Shown here: positions 1 through 8,440 of the stretch, piece by piece
Layout of the letters: each line of letters begins with the position of its first letter
How positions within the stretch are numbered: the first letter of the stretch is position 1
Source of the DNA: Candidatus Kaiserbacteria bacterium
GTDB lineage: Bacteria > Patescibacteriota > Minisyncoccia > Phycocordibacterales > Phycocordibacteraceae
Assembly: GCA_023267735.1 (NCBI GenBank)
Contig: JAHFMT010000003.1
Span: 1 to 43,204, forward strand
Reading direction: 5' to 3'
DNA: 43,204 nucleotides
Made by a program: the position numbers and the translations under genes
Notes under the pieces: generated by a model
Told to the model about the DNA's origin: nothing
The model's database searches: none
The model's input: only the letters and a program-made list of their open reading frames with translations

Positions 1-261
1 GGTGGCACGGCCACCCTCATGGATGGAGAGGAAGTCACCCTTGTATGCCTCAACGTGTTCTTTGAGTGACTTGGCAAGATCGCCGCCCGCTATCTTTGGA
101 GTACCGATCCAGTTCTCAATGCCCTCAGAGACCACAGATTGGCCACCAAAGCTCTCCGTGATGAGTGCGGTGGTAAGTCGCTTGCGCGCTGCGTATACGC
201 CCGCAGCAACGCCTGCAGGGCCGCCGCCGATAATGATGAGGTCAAGAGGGGAGGTAGACAT
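1..261 (-). CDS. trxB: Thioredoxin reductase-like FAD-dependent disulfide oxidoreductase, N-terminal 87 codons (gene continues beyond window start)
   Basis: Own translation of the minus strand from ATG 259-261 gives MSTSPLDLIIIGGGPAGVAAGVYAARKRLTTALITESFGGQSVVSEGIENWIG. It has the GGGPAG dinucleotide-binding motif followed by GGQ...ENW.G as in TrxB. It runs off the window edge, so it is absent from the supplied ORF track. Confidence 0.6.
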   Translation of the reverse strand, partial: MSTSPLDLIIIGGGPAGVAAGVYAARKRLTTALITESFGGQSVVSEGIENWIGTPKIAGGDLAKSLKEHVEAYKGDFLSIHEGGRAT

Positions 262-264
262 AAG

Positions 265-295
265 AAAATGCGAGAGGGGTAATCTCTCGCATTTT
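265..295. terminator. Perfect 12-bp hairpin (AAAATGCGAGAG-GGGTAAT-CTCTCGCATTTT), intrinsic terminator downstream of ftsZ
   Basis: The inverted repeat was read directly. On the minus strand it is followed by TTTTCTT, and it lies 28 nt after the ftsZ stop. Its T-run abuts the trxB-like ATG. Confidence 0.7.
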
Positions 296-322
296 ACTCT
301 CTTCAAACCCAAACCTCAACCG

Positions 323-1600
323 CTATTTCTTGTGGCGGCGCAAGAAGGCAGGAATAGCGCCCCATGGCTCATCTTCTTCTTTGTCATCCTTCTTAAGTGG
401 CTCCGCAGGAGCAATAACCTCTTCGCGCTTGTGCGGCTTTGCAGTCACAATAGGCTCTTCCTTCTTTTCCTTCACCTCCTTTACTGGCACTGGCTCCATC
501 TCGGGAGTAGGTTCGGGAGCACGCTCTGGTTCACGGTTAAAGATGTTGTGATAAATCTTGCCCTGCGCTTCTTCTTGCTGGCGTGGTGGCATAGCAAAGA
601 GGGAGCGTTCAATAGTGGCAATGGTGGCGTAGCTGGTGCTCTGCTCAGGGAAGCCGGTCGCAATCACGATGATGCGCACCTGACCCTTCTTGAGCTTCGT
701 GTCCTGCATCATACCGAAGATAACGCGTGCATCCTTATCAACCGACTCGTTGATAACTTTTGCGGCCTCCTGCACCTCAAGGATGCCTAGATCGTCGGCA
801 CCGGCAACCACAAAGAGGATGCCGCGAGCGCCATGGATGGAGACGTCGAGGATAGGGGAGTTGATAGCACGGATAGCTGCTTCCTTGGCACGGTTATCGC
901 CTTCGGCAATACCGATACCCATCAGAGCAGGACCAGCGCCTTCCATGATGGTCTTGATGTCGTTGAAGTCAGTGTTGATGTTACCTGGGGTAACGATGAT
1001 GTCAGATACACCTTCAACTGCCTGGCGAAGGATTTCATCACACATACCAAAGGCCTGCTTTGCTGAAAGGTTTGCTTCAGCAACGGCAAGGAGTTTGTCG
1101 TTTTGAATAACGATGAAGGCATCTACTTCCTTCTTGAGTTCTGCAAGACCGCGCTCAGCGATGTCCTTGCGCTGCGCACCTTCAAACATAAATGGACGGG
1201 TTACCACCGCAATGGTGAGAGCACCAAGTTCCTTCGCAATCTTTGCCACTACCGATGATGCACCCGTACCAGTACCACCACCCATACCACAGGTGATGAA
1301 CACCATGTCAGAACCCTGGAGTGCTTCTTGAATCTCCTGACGAGTTTCTTCTGCAGCACGACGACCAAGATCAGGATTCATACCGGCACCAAGACCGCGG
1401 GTGAGATTCTTGCCGATGTGAATCTTGCGTTTCGCGAGTGAGCGATGCAAATCTTGTGCATCAGTGTTAATCGCGATGAATTCAACTCCGCGTACTTTGG
1501 AGTTGATCATGTGGTTGATCGCGTTACAGCCTGAGCCGCCAACACCCACGACACGAATTCGTGCGAACGTTTCGATTTCAGGCATGACGCGCTTAGACAT
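323..1600 (-). CDS. ftsZ: Cell division GTPase FtsZ
   Basis: 425-aa ORF with VVGVGGSGCNAINHM, the tubulin signature GMGGGTGTGAS, and the conserved C-terminal peptide IPAFLRR after an acidic/Pro-rich linker. Confidence 0.97.
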   Translation of the reverse strand: MSKRVMPEIETFARIRVVGVGGSGCNAINHMINSKVRGVEFIAINTDAQDLHRSLAKRKIHIGKNLTRGLGAGMNPDLGRRAAEETRQEIQEALQGSDMVFITCGMGGGTGTGASSVVAKIAKELGALTIAVVTRPFMFEGAQRKDIAERGLAELKKEVDAFIVIQNDKLLAVAEANLSAKQAFGMCDEILRQAVEGVSDIIVTPGNINTDFNDIKTIMEGAGPALMGIGIAEGDNRAKEAAIRAINSPILDVSIHGARGILFVVAGADDLGILEVQEAAKVINESVDKDARVIFGMMQDTKLKKGQVRIIVIATGFPEQSTSYATIATIERSLFAMPPRQQEEAQGKIYHNIFNREPERAPEPTPEMEPVPVKEVKEKKEEPIVTAKPHKREEVIAPAEPLKKDDKEEDEPWGAIPAFLRRHKK

Positions 1601-1695
1601 AAAGATAAAAATAAAGGCCCCTTAGTAAGTGGGCTTATGATACCAAAGCAGGGGTGCGGCTCAAGATTGACAAACCGCGAATTCGTTCGCAACTA

Positions 1696-2862
1696 CTAAG
1701 GCAAAAACTGACGGAAAAAGCGCCCCAGGGCAACGCCCATACCAGAAAAGATAGGATCCCCACCGCCATCGGTGTCTCCGGTGAGTCCCCAAAGGGCAAG
1801 TCCGTATGCCACCGCAAGGCTCGCGTCACGTACTTTGGCAGTTTCAGGGAGTCTGAGGTCCCCGGTCTTTGCCGGTAAGGAGAGCTCGCTTTTGGCAATC
1901 TCTACGAGTGGGAGGCCATAGCTTGCGCCACCACCGGAAAGAATGATGCCGGCAGGAAGGGGACCTTTGCGTCCAATCGTCTTCAAATGTTTATCAATTG
2001 CCGCAAAGATATGCTCAAAGCGTTTGGTCATGAGGTCATCTACCTTCTTGCGGGGATAGACACTGCCCGCAAGTTTTCCAACCTTCAAACGTTCTGCATC
2101 ATCAAGACCAATCTTAAAGGCGATAGCAATGTCATCAGTGATGTTGGCGCTTCCCTCAGGGAACGTCTTTACGGAAAGAGGAATACCTTCGTCATATGCC
2201 ACGATGGAGGTAGTGTCAGCACCAATGTCGGCAAGGAGACATCCTTTCATTTTCTGGTCACGGGAGAGGAGTACGTGTGAGCCAGCCAGTGGGGAAGCCA
2301 TCTCATCAATCACTTCTATGTCAGCTGCCTCAACGGCGTTCGTGAGTGCGGTGACATGCTGGGCAAGTGCGGTGATGAACAAGTACTCTGCCTGCAACCG
2401 CACGCCATGCATACCCACAGGGTTTCCCAGCACCTTAGTGCCATCAATACGAAACTCAAGCGGGATGTCGTGGAGGATGCGACGGTTAGTGAAGTGTGGT
2501 TTGCCTGCCTCCCGAGCGGCAGCACGCACCTTTTCAATATCAAGATCAGTTACTTCCTGATCAGCACGAGAGATAATCACTTCAGCACTGGCACGTGCTT
2601 CATCCAGTGAGATACCCCCTATAGCAAGAAAGCCTTTGCGCACCGGCATACGCGCTGCCTGTTCTGCTTGGCGCTTTGCCTCACGCACGCTGGCTGCCAC
2701 CTCGCCACCATCAACTACATACCCGTGGCGGATACCACGGGTCTTTGCAATGCCCGTACCAATGATCCGGGGAGTCTTTCCCTCAGACGCCTCTTCAACC
2801 ACCACGATCTTTACGTGGTGTGTGCCGATATCAATGCCAACAGCAATGCGAGGGTTCTTCAT
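1696..2862 (-). CDS. ftsA: Cell division protein FtsA (actin-like ATPase)
   Basis: 388-aa ORF with N-terminal IAVGIDIGTHHVKIVVVE phosphate-1 motif and ADIGADTTSI and LSGGGA motifs. It lies immediately upstream of ftsZ. Confidence 0.92.
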   Translation of the reverse strand: MKNPRIAVGIDIGTHHVKIVVVEEASEGKTPRIIGTGIAKTRGIRHGYVVDGGEVAASVREAKRQAEQAARMPVRKGFLAIGGISLDEARASAEVIISRADQEVTDLDIEKVRAAAREAGKPHFTNRRILHDIPLEFRIDGTKVLGNPVGMHGVRLQAEYLFITALAQHVTALTNAVEAADIEVIDEMASPLAGSHVLLSRDQKMKGCLLADIGADTTSIVAYDEGIPLSVKTFPEGSANITDDIAIAFKIGLDDAERLKVGKLAGSVYPRKKVDDLMTKRFEHIFAAIDKHLKTIGRKGPLPAGIILSGGGASYGLPLVEIAKSELSLPAKTGDLRLPETAKVRDASLAVAYGLALWGLTGDTDGGGDPIFSGMGVALGRFFRQFLP

Positions 2863-2904
2863 GAGGGTTGGTGACAGGGGTCGCGTCCCTCTTCGTGTCC
2901 TGCG

Positions 2905-3315
2905 CTATGAGGCGCTCATCCTGCGACGATGGTTTGTACCAAGAACACGAGCAAGGGTTGCCCGCTCTGACTTCTCCATTGTAGTGCCATGACGCATGCC
3001 TTTCAAATGAAATAATCCGTGGATAAACAATGAGAGGATAAAGTCGTGCGTAGAATGCCCATGGAGCGGTGCCTGCGCTTTGGCAACATCGGGGCAGATA
3101 ATGATCTCACCACTTCTAGTTCCCACCGCATACGAGAGTACGTTTGGCGTGTACGTTTTGTCACGCAGAGACATATTCAGTGCCTTGGCACGTGCAGGAC
3201 CCACGAACACCAGAGAGATATCCCACGACGAAAGACCCGCGAGGCGGGCTTTCTCAAAGAGTGCGAGAGCGGGAATCTTACTGCGAGTGAGGTTGCGTAC
3301 TGAGAGCGACCTCAT
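2905..3315 (-). CDS. ybeY: rRNA maturation endoribonuclease YbeY
   Basis: HGLFHLKGMRH matches the HxxxHxxGxxH zinc motif of YbeY. ATG 3315 was chosen because it lies 4 nt after the rpsU stop. The ORF-track start at 3369 would overlap rpsU. Confidence 0.8.
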   Translation of the reverse strand: MRSLSVRNLTRSKIPALALFEKARLAGLSSWDISLVFVGPARAKALNMSLRDKTYTPNVLSYAVGTRSGEIIICPDVAKAQAPLHGHSTHDFILSLFIHGLFHLKGMRHGTTMEKSERATLARVLGTNHRRRMSAS

Positions 3316-3319
3316 CGGA

Positions 3320-3580
3320 TTATTTGCGACCCTTTTTCGTGGCACGCTGGGTTGGGTCAATCTTGCCAAGCTTTACCAGCTCTTCGTAGTTGGCGCGACG
3401 AGCAACACCTACGAGGGCACGCTTGTGATCAACGTTCTTGCTCTTGATACGGATGTAGTAGCGGCGCTTGCGCATCTCGCGTACGAGACCAAGCCCCTGC
3501 GCGCGGCGGGAGAAACGGCGGATAAGCGACGCAGAGCTTTCGTTCTTTCCGCGGCGCACTTCTACTCGGGCTGTTGCCAT
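3320..3580 (-). CDS. rpsU: 30S ribosomal protein bS21
   Basis: MATARVEVRRGKNESSASLIRRFSRRAQGLGLVREMRKRRYY... matches the small basic S21 pattern (compare E. coli [29 protein letters not shown]). The internal ATG at 3580 is preferred; TGaTACAGT lies 10 nt upstream. Confidence 0.8.
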   Translation of the reverse strand: MATARVEVRRGKNESSASLIRRFSRRAQGLGLVREMRKRRYYIRIKSKNVDHKRALVGVARRANYEELVKLGKIDPTQRATKKGRK

Positions 3581-3611
3581 GGTGTCGCAAACTGTATCAC
3601 GATGCGTTTTC

Positions 3612-4739
3612 TTACGCAATCTGCTTGAGCTCCGTGATCAGGGAGGCGAGGGGAATGGCCCGCTCGTTGTAGGTATCGCGCTCTCGGAGGGTAACGACCT
3701 GCTCCAGAGCCTCCTTGCGGCCCATGATGAGGAGGTAGCGGGGGTTCAGGGTCTCGGCACGGTGCATCTGTTCGGTGAGGGACTCAACGCCAATAGCCTG
3801 GGCAAGGGGCAGGTGTGCTTTACGCATCTCTTCTGCCATGCGGATACTCACGCGCTTTGCCTCATTCCCAATATGTATGAAGAAGAAGCGGGCTGCAGAG
3901 CGTTTCTTTGCTGCGGGCACCATCTCACGATTCTCTGCCTTCATACGAATAACCACCCCTATGGAAGACGCACTGCCCTTGAAGAATGCCTTCGCAAGGT
4001 CATGGTATCGGGCACCCCAGGCTTCGGTATTCCCATATGACAGATCAAAGCAGGTATCGGTCCATGCTTGCCCTGCGGTGAGGAGTGTTGGGGAGAGCTC
4101 GTATGCAGTATCAGTCTCCTCGAGGTACTCAAGCAATTCTTCAAAGTGTTTGCGACTTGCTTCTGAAAGGGAATCAATTGGGGAAGGAAGTGTCTCTTTG
4201 CCTTCATGGCGAAGCAGCAGGTGCGCGGCGGCGAGCACATCTTTCTTTGCGCAGGCGGTGCACTGTGGGGGCAACGTAGCGTCATGCTTGCGGAAGAAGT
4301 TTCCAAGTTCACGAGCAAAGCGATTACGCGTCTCTTTGTCACCCATGCTGTTCACACGCACGACAGGGTCTGCCTTGGTGAGGTCATGCATGAGGGCACG
4401 TGCGGCACGAATAAGTACGGCGTCTGCGATAGGGCGATCAGAAGAGATGGCATGGAACTGGATGACGATTTCCTTTGGCACGGGACGGCCAGGAGTAATG
4501 TTGGTGTGCCATACAAAAAGTGGTGCAGCGCTGCTTGGGGTGAATCCTGCGTCACGTACCTGCTTAAGAAACGCGGCAACATCACGACCACGCTCATCAA
4601 GCGCCTCAAGGGAGAGACTTTCAGGGTACGGTGCTTTTGCTGAAGGGCGTTTTTCAGCAGCTAAATCAGTAAAGGGGACAAAGCCATACAAAGAACCGAC
4701 TGCGTGTGTGCGATTAAGCAAATCAGCAGGCTTCAGCAT
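3612..4739 (-). CDS. Histidyl-tRNA synthetase-like protein (class II aaRS fold plus anticodon-binding domain) with degenerate catalytic motifs
   Basis: IQFHAISSDRPIADAVLIRAARAL..VRVNSMGDKETRNRF parallels HisRS RQFHQ..G....DAE.I......LG....L.LNS.G. WGARYHDL parallels GGRYDGL. The C-terminal FFFIHIGNEAKRV...YLLIMGRKEALEQVVTLRER parallels the HGTP anticodon domain. The motif-2 Arg/Glu and motif-3 G.G.ER positions are not conserved. Confidence 0.6.
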   Translation of the reverse strand: MLKPADLLNRTHAVGSLYGFVPFTDLAAEKRPSAKAPYPESLSLEALDERGRDVAAFLKQVRDAGFTPSSAAPLFVWHTNITPGRPVPKEIVIQFHAISSDRPIADAVLIRAARALMHDLTKADPVVRVNSMGDKETRNRFARELGNFFRKHDATLPPQCTACAKKDVLAAAHLLLRHEGKETLPSPIDSLSEASRKHFEELLEYLEETDTAYELSPTLLTAGQAWTDTCFDLSYGNTEAWGARYHDLAKAFFKGSASSIGVVIRMKAENREMVPAAKKRSAARFFFIHIGNEAKRVSIRMAEEMRKAHLPLAQAIGVESLTEQMHRAETLNPRYLLIMGRKEALEQVVTLRERDTYNERAIPLASLITELKQIA

Positions 4740-4741
4740 AC

Positions 4742-5290
4742 TTACGGGAGTGTGACGGCACCTGGCCAGACGTCCATGTGGGTAGGAGGCAGGAGGCGGA
4801 GGAATGCACGGCCAATAATATTCTCACGAGGAAGTGCACCCCAGATGCGTGAGTCTGAACTCTTCGGACGATTGTCGCCCATGACGTAGTATTCGCCGTC
4901 GCCAAGTTGCATGTCACGGGTATACGTCGCATCATCATTTACCACATATGGCTCCGCAAAGGATATTTCCTCACCCGTGGCAGTGGTGATAGCTACCTTG
5001 CCATCCTGTACACGCACGGTCTCACCAGGAAGGCCGATAATACGCTTGATGTAGAAGGTTGATGGGTGTTCTGGGTAGCGGAACACAATAACGTCGCCAC
5101 GCTTTGGATCTTCAAAGCGGTACGTTATCTGATCAATGATGAGGTAATCGCCATTGGTGAACGTAGGATGCATGGATTCTCCATCTACCACAAACGGCTG
5201 CGCAACGAAGAGACGCACCGGAAGCACAATGAGTACTGCAAGAATAATGAACGTGAATGTCTCCTTGAACAGATATTTCACGAATCTCAT
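4742..5290 (-). CDS. lepB: Signal peptidase I
   Basis: N-terminal TM helix, catalytic Ser box VDGESMHPT, GDVIVF, KRIIGLPGE and YYVMGDNRPKSSDSR boxes. Confidence 0.93.
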   Translation of the reverse strand: MRFVKYLFKETFTFIILAVLIVLPVRLFVAQPFVVDGESMHPTFTNGDYLIIDQITYRFEDPKRGDVIVFRYPEHPSTFYIKRIIGLPGETVRVQDGKVAITTATGEEISFAEPYVVNDDATYTRDMQLGDGEYYVMGDNRPKSSDSRIWGALPRENIIGRAFLRLLPPTHMDVWPGAVTLP

Positions 5291-5361
5291 GCGCGCATTG
5301 TATTCCTCTTGTGGCGCACGTCAACTTTTTCACATCACCCACCCGCGGTATACTTCTTTTC

Positions 5362-5958
5362 ATGAGTATCGTCATTGTTGGTTTGGGGAATCCAGGCACG
5401 GAATATGAGCGCACCCGGCACAATGCGGGACGTCTTGCCGTGTCACTGCTTGCAAAGACGGAAGGATTTGATGCGTTTACCGAGAACAAAAAAGCGATAG
5501 CACTGGTCACCAAAGGAAGTATTGAGGGAGAGAACGTAACACTAGTACTGCCTGAGACCCAGATGAACCTTTCCGGGAAAGCAGTGCTGCCATTTGTGAA
5601 GTCAGTCAAGGCAGCGAAGACGCTTGTGGTAGTACGAGATGATCTTGATTTGCCGCTTGGGGTCATCAAGATGACCTTTGCCCGTGGAAGTGGTGGGCAT
5701 CGAGGCGTTGAGTCTATTATGCGCGCGCTCAAGACTGATGCGTTTGCGCAAATAAAGATTGGTATCTCTGCAAAGACTCCCAAGGGAAAGACCAAGAAGC
5801 CATCGGGAGAAGAGAAGGTGATTAAGCACGTGCTGGGGAAGTTCTCTCCCGCAGAAGATCCACTGCTGAAGAAGACCTTGAAGAAGGTTATGTCGGTGCT
5901 TACACTCTTTGCCTCTGATGGTATTGAGAAGGCAACGATGGAGGCGAATACGAAATAA
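5362..5958 (+). CDS. pth: Peptidyl-tRNA hydrolase
   Basis: IVIVGLGNPGTEYERTRHNAGRLAV is the Pth signature. ATG 5362 is preferred over the ORF-track start at 5311, because a TATACT -10 box ends 7 nt upstream. Confidence 0.92.
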   Translation: MSIVIVGLGNPGTEYERTRHNAGRLAVSLLAKTEGFDAFTENKKAIALVTKGSIEGENVTLVLPETQMNLSGKAVLPFVKSVKAAKTLVVVRDDLDLPLGVIKMTFARGSGGHRGVESIMRALKTDAFAQIKIGISAKTPKGKTKKPSGEEKVIKHVLGKFSPAEDPLLKKTLKKVMSVLTLFASDGIEKATMEANTK

Positions 5959-5962
5959 AAAA

Positions 5963-5992
5963 GTTCCCCACGCTCTGCAGAGCATGAGGAAC
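5963..5992 (+). terminator. Imperfect long hairpin just after the pth stop (GTTCC.CA.GCTCTGCAGAGC.TG.GGAAC)
   Basis: The inverted repeat was read directly. The T-tail is weak (TTGTATAA). Confidence 0.4.
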
Positions 5993-6064
5993 TTGTATAA
6001 GTTGGTGCCGTCTCTTTCTTGATACGGTTGTGCCGTACCGGGAGAGCATGGCAGGTGTTGATGA

Positions 6065-6099
6065 CATGAACTGTACCCGAAAGGTTCATGTCCTTTTCC
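6065..6099 (+). terminator. Hairpin CATGAAC-12nt-GTTCATG followed by TCCTTTTCC
   Basis: Read directly. This is the second of three hairpins in the pth/rpsA spacer. Confidence 0.4.
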
Positions 6100-6143
6100 A
6101 AGATGGATAATACACGAGTATTATATTTTGTCAATGACTACAC

Positions 6144-6175
6144 AAAAACCTCCGCTTTTGCGGAGGTTTTTGTTT
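6144..6175. terminator. Intrinsic terminator CCTCCGC-TTTT-GCGGAGG flanked by A-run and T-run (bidirectional), downstream of rpsA
   Basis: AAAAACCTCCGCTTTTGCGGAGGTTTTTGTTTG was read directly. It lies 18 nt after the rpsA stop. Confidence 0.8.
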
Positions 6176-6192
6176 GAAACCGTTTAAACCGT

Positions 6193-7317
6193 TTACTTCT
6201 TCTTGGTACCCATGAAGGTAAGCGTCATGCGCTGTTCCTTTGGCTCAAAGAGTGCAATACGGAACGGATAGGTCTTGCCGAGCTCAAGGTTTTCACGGAG
6301 CTCCTGTGGCGTTGCGAATTCACTGACGTGTACGAGACCAGCAACACCTTCTTCAACAGATGCAAGTGCACCGTGCTTGTTGTACTTGATGATAACACCA
6401 GTCACTTCCATGCCCTTCTTGTAGCGCTCACCGGCAGTCTTCCAAGGGTTTTCCTTAAGCGCCTTGATAGAGAGGGAGACCTTGCCGTCCTTAATCTCAA
6501 TAACCTTTACTGGTACGCGCTCACCAACCTTGAAGAGGGAACGTGGATCTTCCACCAAGCCCCAATCAAGCTCGCTGATGTGTACAAGGCCTTCAAGACC
6601 AGACTCAAGCTGTACGAAGACACCGAAATCAACGGCACCCGTCACTGCGCCTTCAATAACATCACCAACCTGGTACTTGTCTATGAGTGCAGTCTTTCCT
6701 TCTTCCTCACCACCCATGCGCTCAGAGAAGATAAGTTTATTCTCACGAGCATCTGCGGTGATAACACGCACGGGAAGGGAAGTACCAACGAGGTTCTTGA
6801 GTTCACCAAGAATCTTGTCCTTGTCACCATCTGGCACGCGTGGGTAATGATCCTTCGTGAGCTGGGATGCAGGAAGGAAGCCCTGGATACCCTGCCATGA
6901 CATGATGAGGCCACCCTTGTTCGCATCTTCAACTTTGATGTTGTAAATAGTCTGCGCAACGATAGCCTGTTCTGCTTCGCTCCAGATAGCGGCCTGACGT
7001 GCTTCCTTGAGAGAGAGCTCGATGTAACCATCGCGACCTGCGGCATCCACTACCTTAGCAGTAATGGTGTCGCCAACGTTTGCCTTGCGGAGTACGTCTG
7101 CAGCGTTGAGGTATTCACGGCCGTAAATAAGACCAGTACCAAATGGTGGGAGGTCAATGTAGAGGCGACCACGTGCAATGGCGAGGATGGTTCCCTCAAC
7201 AACATCACCTGCCTTAGGAGGGGTGGGGATGTCACCAGCAAATGCAGCCATTGGATGGCTTGGGTCAATCACAAACGGTGCCACAACAGGCTCTGCCTTC
7301 TTTATTTCTTCTGACAT
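6193..7317 (-). CDS. rpsA: 30S ribosomal protein bS1 (short, four S1 domains)
   Basis: 374-aa ORF with repeated S1/OB modules, e.g. GDVVEGTILAI..., VGDVIEGAVTGAVDFGVFVQLESGLEGLVHISEL and GMEVTGVIIKYNKHGALASVEEGVAGLVHVSEF. Confidence 0.9.
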   Translation of the reverse strand: MSEEIKKAEPVVAPFVIDPSHPMAAFAGDIPTPPKAGDVVEGTILAIARGRLYIDLPPFGTGLIYGREYLNAADVLRKANVGDTITAKVVDAAGRDGYIELSLKEARQAAIWSEAEQAIVAQTIYNIKVEDANKGGLIMSWQGIQGFLPASQLTKDHYPRVPDGDKDKILGELKNLVGTSLPVRVITADARENKLIFSERMGGEEEGKTALIDKYQVGDVIEGAVTGAVDFGVFVQLESGLEGLVHISELDWGLVEDPRSLFKVGERVPVKVIEIKDGKVSLSIKALKENPWKTAGERYKKGMEVTGVIIKYNKHGALASVEEGVAGLVHVSEFATPQELRENLELGKTYPFRIALFEPKEQRMTLTFMGTKKK

Positions 7318-7551
7318 GTATATAAGCGAGCGGGTTTTCAGGCGCGGTACCTCTTTGGGAAGAGGGGGTTAGTCACGCCGTACTGCCACGCACGATAAGG
7401 ATTTTCTACCATACCTAGCCTTTTTATTCAATAGAATGGTTGCGCTTGGGGGTTCTCGTGCTAGCCTTATACCCACAGGTCGAGCGATTGCCAGCTTAAT
7501 TTTGAGGATTGTGGTCTAGACATGTGCTAACCACGAAACTCCACCTAAACT

Positions 7552-7704
7552 ATGAGTGATGATATGAACGTAACTTCAGACGTTGTAACTCCAGAAGTTA
7601 CTGAGGAAGGAAAGAAGGACATGGTTGCTGCTGATGAAGCAATGACCACTCCTGAGGCTGACGTGGCTCCAGAAGCTGCAGCTGAAGAAGAAGTTGTTGC
7701 ATAA
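7552..7704 (+). CDS. Hypothetical 50-aa highly acidic protein
   Basis: Own translation gives MSDDMNVTSDVVTPEVTEEGKKDMVAADEAMTTPEADVAPEAAAEEEVVA. It is below the 60-aa ORF-track cutoff and is followed 13 nt later by a very strong terminator. No SD or obvious promoter was seen. Confidence 0.4.
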   Translation: MSDDMNVTSDVVTPEVTEEGKKDMVAADEAMTTPEADVAPEAAAEEEVVA

Positions 7705-7716
7705 GCAGCTGCTCTA

Positions 7717-7755
7717 GAAAACCCCCAAGACGCTTGCCGTCTTGGGGGTTTTCTG
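7717..7755 (+). terminator. Intrinsic terminator ACCCCCAAGACG-CTTGC-CGTCTTGGGGGT plus TTTTCTG
   Basis: 12-bp GC-rich perfect stem plus T-run, read directly. Confidence 0.85.
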
Positions 7756-7793
7756 TCGCATATACGAGCATTTTGCGGTATACTTAGGGGTAT

Positions 7794-8435
7794 ATGGTTA
7801 TTACCCACCACGGCGGCCAGTGCTTCAAAGTAACCTTTGGCGACGTTACGCTTGCCTTTGATCCTGTCTCCAAAAATGGCTCACTCCCAGCCGTACGGTT
7901 TGGTGCAGATATTGCGCTTATCTCCCGCAATCACCCGAATATGAACGGTGCCGCAGAAGTGACCTATGGGGACAAGGAACCCTTTGTTATCTTTGGGCCA
8001 GGTGAATATGAGCGTGCCGGAGTCACGGTGCAGGGCTTTTTGACGAAGAGTGAATACGGCCTTTCCAAGGGGCAGACTGAAGCAGTGAACACGGTATATG
8101 CTGTATCGCTTGAAGGTATGACGTTGGTGCATCTTGGTGCGCTTGCTTCACCAACGCTTTCAAAGGAGGCACGTGAGGCAATTGATGAGATAGATGTGCT
8201 GTTTGTTCCGGTAGGGGGAGATGGGGTGCTCTCTGCAGCACAGGCAAGTACCTTGGTTACTGCCCTTGAGCCGCGCATCATCATTCCTATGCACTGGAGC
8301 GGTATTGGTGAACCAAAATCATTGGAGCGCTTCTTGAAAGAGGAGGGGGGCACTGCTGAAACGATGGACAAACTCACCCTTAAAAAGAAGGATGCGCTTA
8401 CTAAAGACGGTGCTATTATGGTCATAACTGCATAA
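7794..8435 (+). CDS. MBL-fold metal-dependent hydrolase (UPF0173-like)
   Basis: 213 aa. MVITHHGGQCFKVTFGDVTLAFDP...ISRNHPN...VPVGG...IIPMHW fits the small beta-lactamase-fold hydrolase pattern. Confidence 0.65.
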   Translation: MVITHHGGQCFKVTFGDVTLAFDPVSKNGSLPAVRFGADIALISRNHPNMNGAAEVTYGDKEPFVIFGPGEYERAGVTVQGFLTKSEYGLSKGQTEAVNTVYAVSLEGMTLVHLGALASPTLSKEAREAIDEIDVLFVPVGGDGVLSAAQASTLVTALEPRIIIPMHWSGIGEPKSLERFLKEEGGTAETMDKLTLKKKDALTKDGAIMVITA

Positions 8436-8440
8436 CACGT

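Noticed and set aside
3775-4755. 326-aa plus-strand ORF
   Set aside because: It is antisense to the HisRS-like gene and has the Arg/Ser/Ala-rich composition typical of shadow frames. The opposite-strand product has recognisable aaRS similarity.
5993-6060. Possible SRP (4.5S) RNA, because GUGCCGUACCGGGAGAGCAUGGCAGG resembles the 3' basal strand of E. coli 4.5S RNA
   Set aside because: The diagnostic domain IV elements (the GGAA tetraloop context and AGCAGCC / GGCAGAUGA loops) are absent on either strand. The similarity falls in a non-conserved part of the molecule.
5133-6134. 333-aa minus-strand ORF
   Set aside because: It lies antisense to pth and lepB, and its Ser/Thr/Pro/Arg-rich sequence is not protein-like. 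It also spans the terminator-rich spacer. This is a shadow ORF.
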